A stretch of DNA of 64,000 nt from Somniosus microcephalus. Its lineage: Eukaryota. The notes under the pieces were generated by a model. The model saw only the letters and a list, made by a program, of their open reading frames with translations, was not told the origin of the DNA and did not search any database. This document shows, in pieces, positions 63,262-64,000 of this stretch. Every line of letters begins with the position of its first letter. The stretch's first letter is position 1. The DNA lies in NCBI GenBank assembly GCA_052327205.1, contig CM126209.1, positions 258,292,001 through 258,356,000 on the forward strand. The letters run 5' to 3'. Both the position numbers and the translations under genes were made by a program.

Positions 63262-63525
63262 ATTAGAGCTGGGCCTTTTCGGAGGGAAATCAAGAAGCAC
63301 TTTTTCCAGAAATAATGTTAGTACAAACCTGAATTATCTCCACCAAAAGGCTGTGGCTACTGGGAAAATTTGAGCTTTTAAAAATGATATCGATTGATTT
63401 GTATTAGATAACGCAAGGGATATGGATTTAAGGCGGGTAAATTGAATTGAGGTACAGATTATCCATGATCTAATTGAATGGTGCAGCAGGCTCGAGTGGG
63501 CAGAATGGCCTACTCTTGTTCCTAA
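63262..63525 (+). mobile_element. Degenerate CR1 3' fragment
   Basis: ...AAGGGATATGG...CCATGATCTAATTGAATGGTGCAGCAGGCTCGAGTGGGCAGAATGGCCTACTCTTGTTCCTA tail. Confidence 0.75.
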
Positions 63526-63529
63526 ACTC

Positions 63530-63830
63530 CCAGCTGACACATTCTTGCAGAATGGTGGTTCCTGAAAATGTATGCTATCTATCCATTGGAAACATCATTG
63601 AAGTCATTAGCATTTAGTGTGATTATCAGAGATCCATTGGGTGAACCTTCCAACTGGCTGACCGTGTAAAATGACAGGGAAAAATGTTCCTAACTAAGCC
63701 ACCCAGTATTTTCAGTAATCCAGTAACAAACTTACACATAATCTAAGTGGCAGCAAGGTAGCATAAACCACAGCTGTTGTCATTTTAGTGATGCACTTGT
63801 TTTAAACTATTCATTTACAATAACCGTGTT
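63530..63830 (-). pseudogene. Protocadherin relic V10 (paralog of V8, internally deleted)
   Basis: 63575-63685 resembles 55848-55958 and is joined directly to 63686-63826, which resembles 56513-56656. Confidence 0.65.
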
Positions 63831-64000
63831 CGAAATGTTTAGGTACGGTAGCCCCCATTCAGTCTTCTTTCTTTCGTATTTCTGATTGCAAAGCAAAATT
63901 AAATGTGGACGTTCAGTTGTCATTTACTCAATGGCCTGAGGTGATAGGACTGTATTCCTCCGAGGATGGATCATAGTGAGCCATGGTTCACAAGATGCTC

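Noticed and set aside
1-64000. CRISPR array or other prokaryotic system
   Set aside because: There is no short repeat-spacer array, and the content is vertebrate throughout.

Overview
This is vertebrate genomic DNA, almost certainly from a shark or ray, inferred from HE1-type V-SINEs, SacSINE1-like Deu-SINEs and abundant CR1 LINEs. It covers part of the variable region of a clustered protocadherin (Pcdh) locus transcribed on the minus strand. There are 7 intact ~2.47 kb variable exons (signal peptide, 6 cadherin repeats, TM, cytoplasmic segment, phase-0 GT donor), one recent pseudo-exon with 3 in-frame stops, one decayed pseudo-exon split by a Harbinger element, and a deleted relic. No constant exons are visible; they should lie left of the window. 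The five leftmost exons sit in a young ~5.5-5.6 kb tandem array, and the spacers differ by private TE insertions (29314-32337 has none). Main observations: (1) an out-of-frame AUG exactly 16 nt upstream of the start codon in all 8 full-length exons, opening a uORF that overlaps the start, plus two further position-conserved uORFs in 6 exons; (2) a conserved promoter built on inverted CCAAT boxes at ~30 bp spacing, with no clear CTCF/CSE site; (3) short Penelope-related insertions carrying degenerate minimal hammerhead ribozymes; (4) a CpG-rich dimeric non-coding retroelement with YY1/E-box motifs. All coordinates were read by eye and no searches were run.
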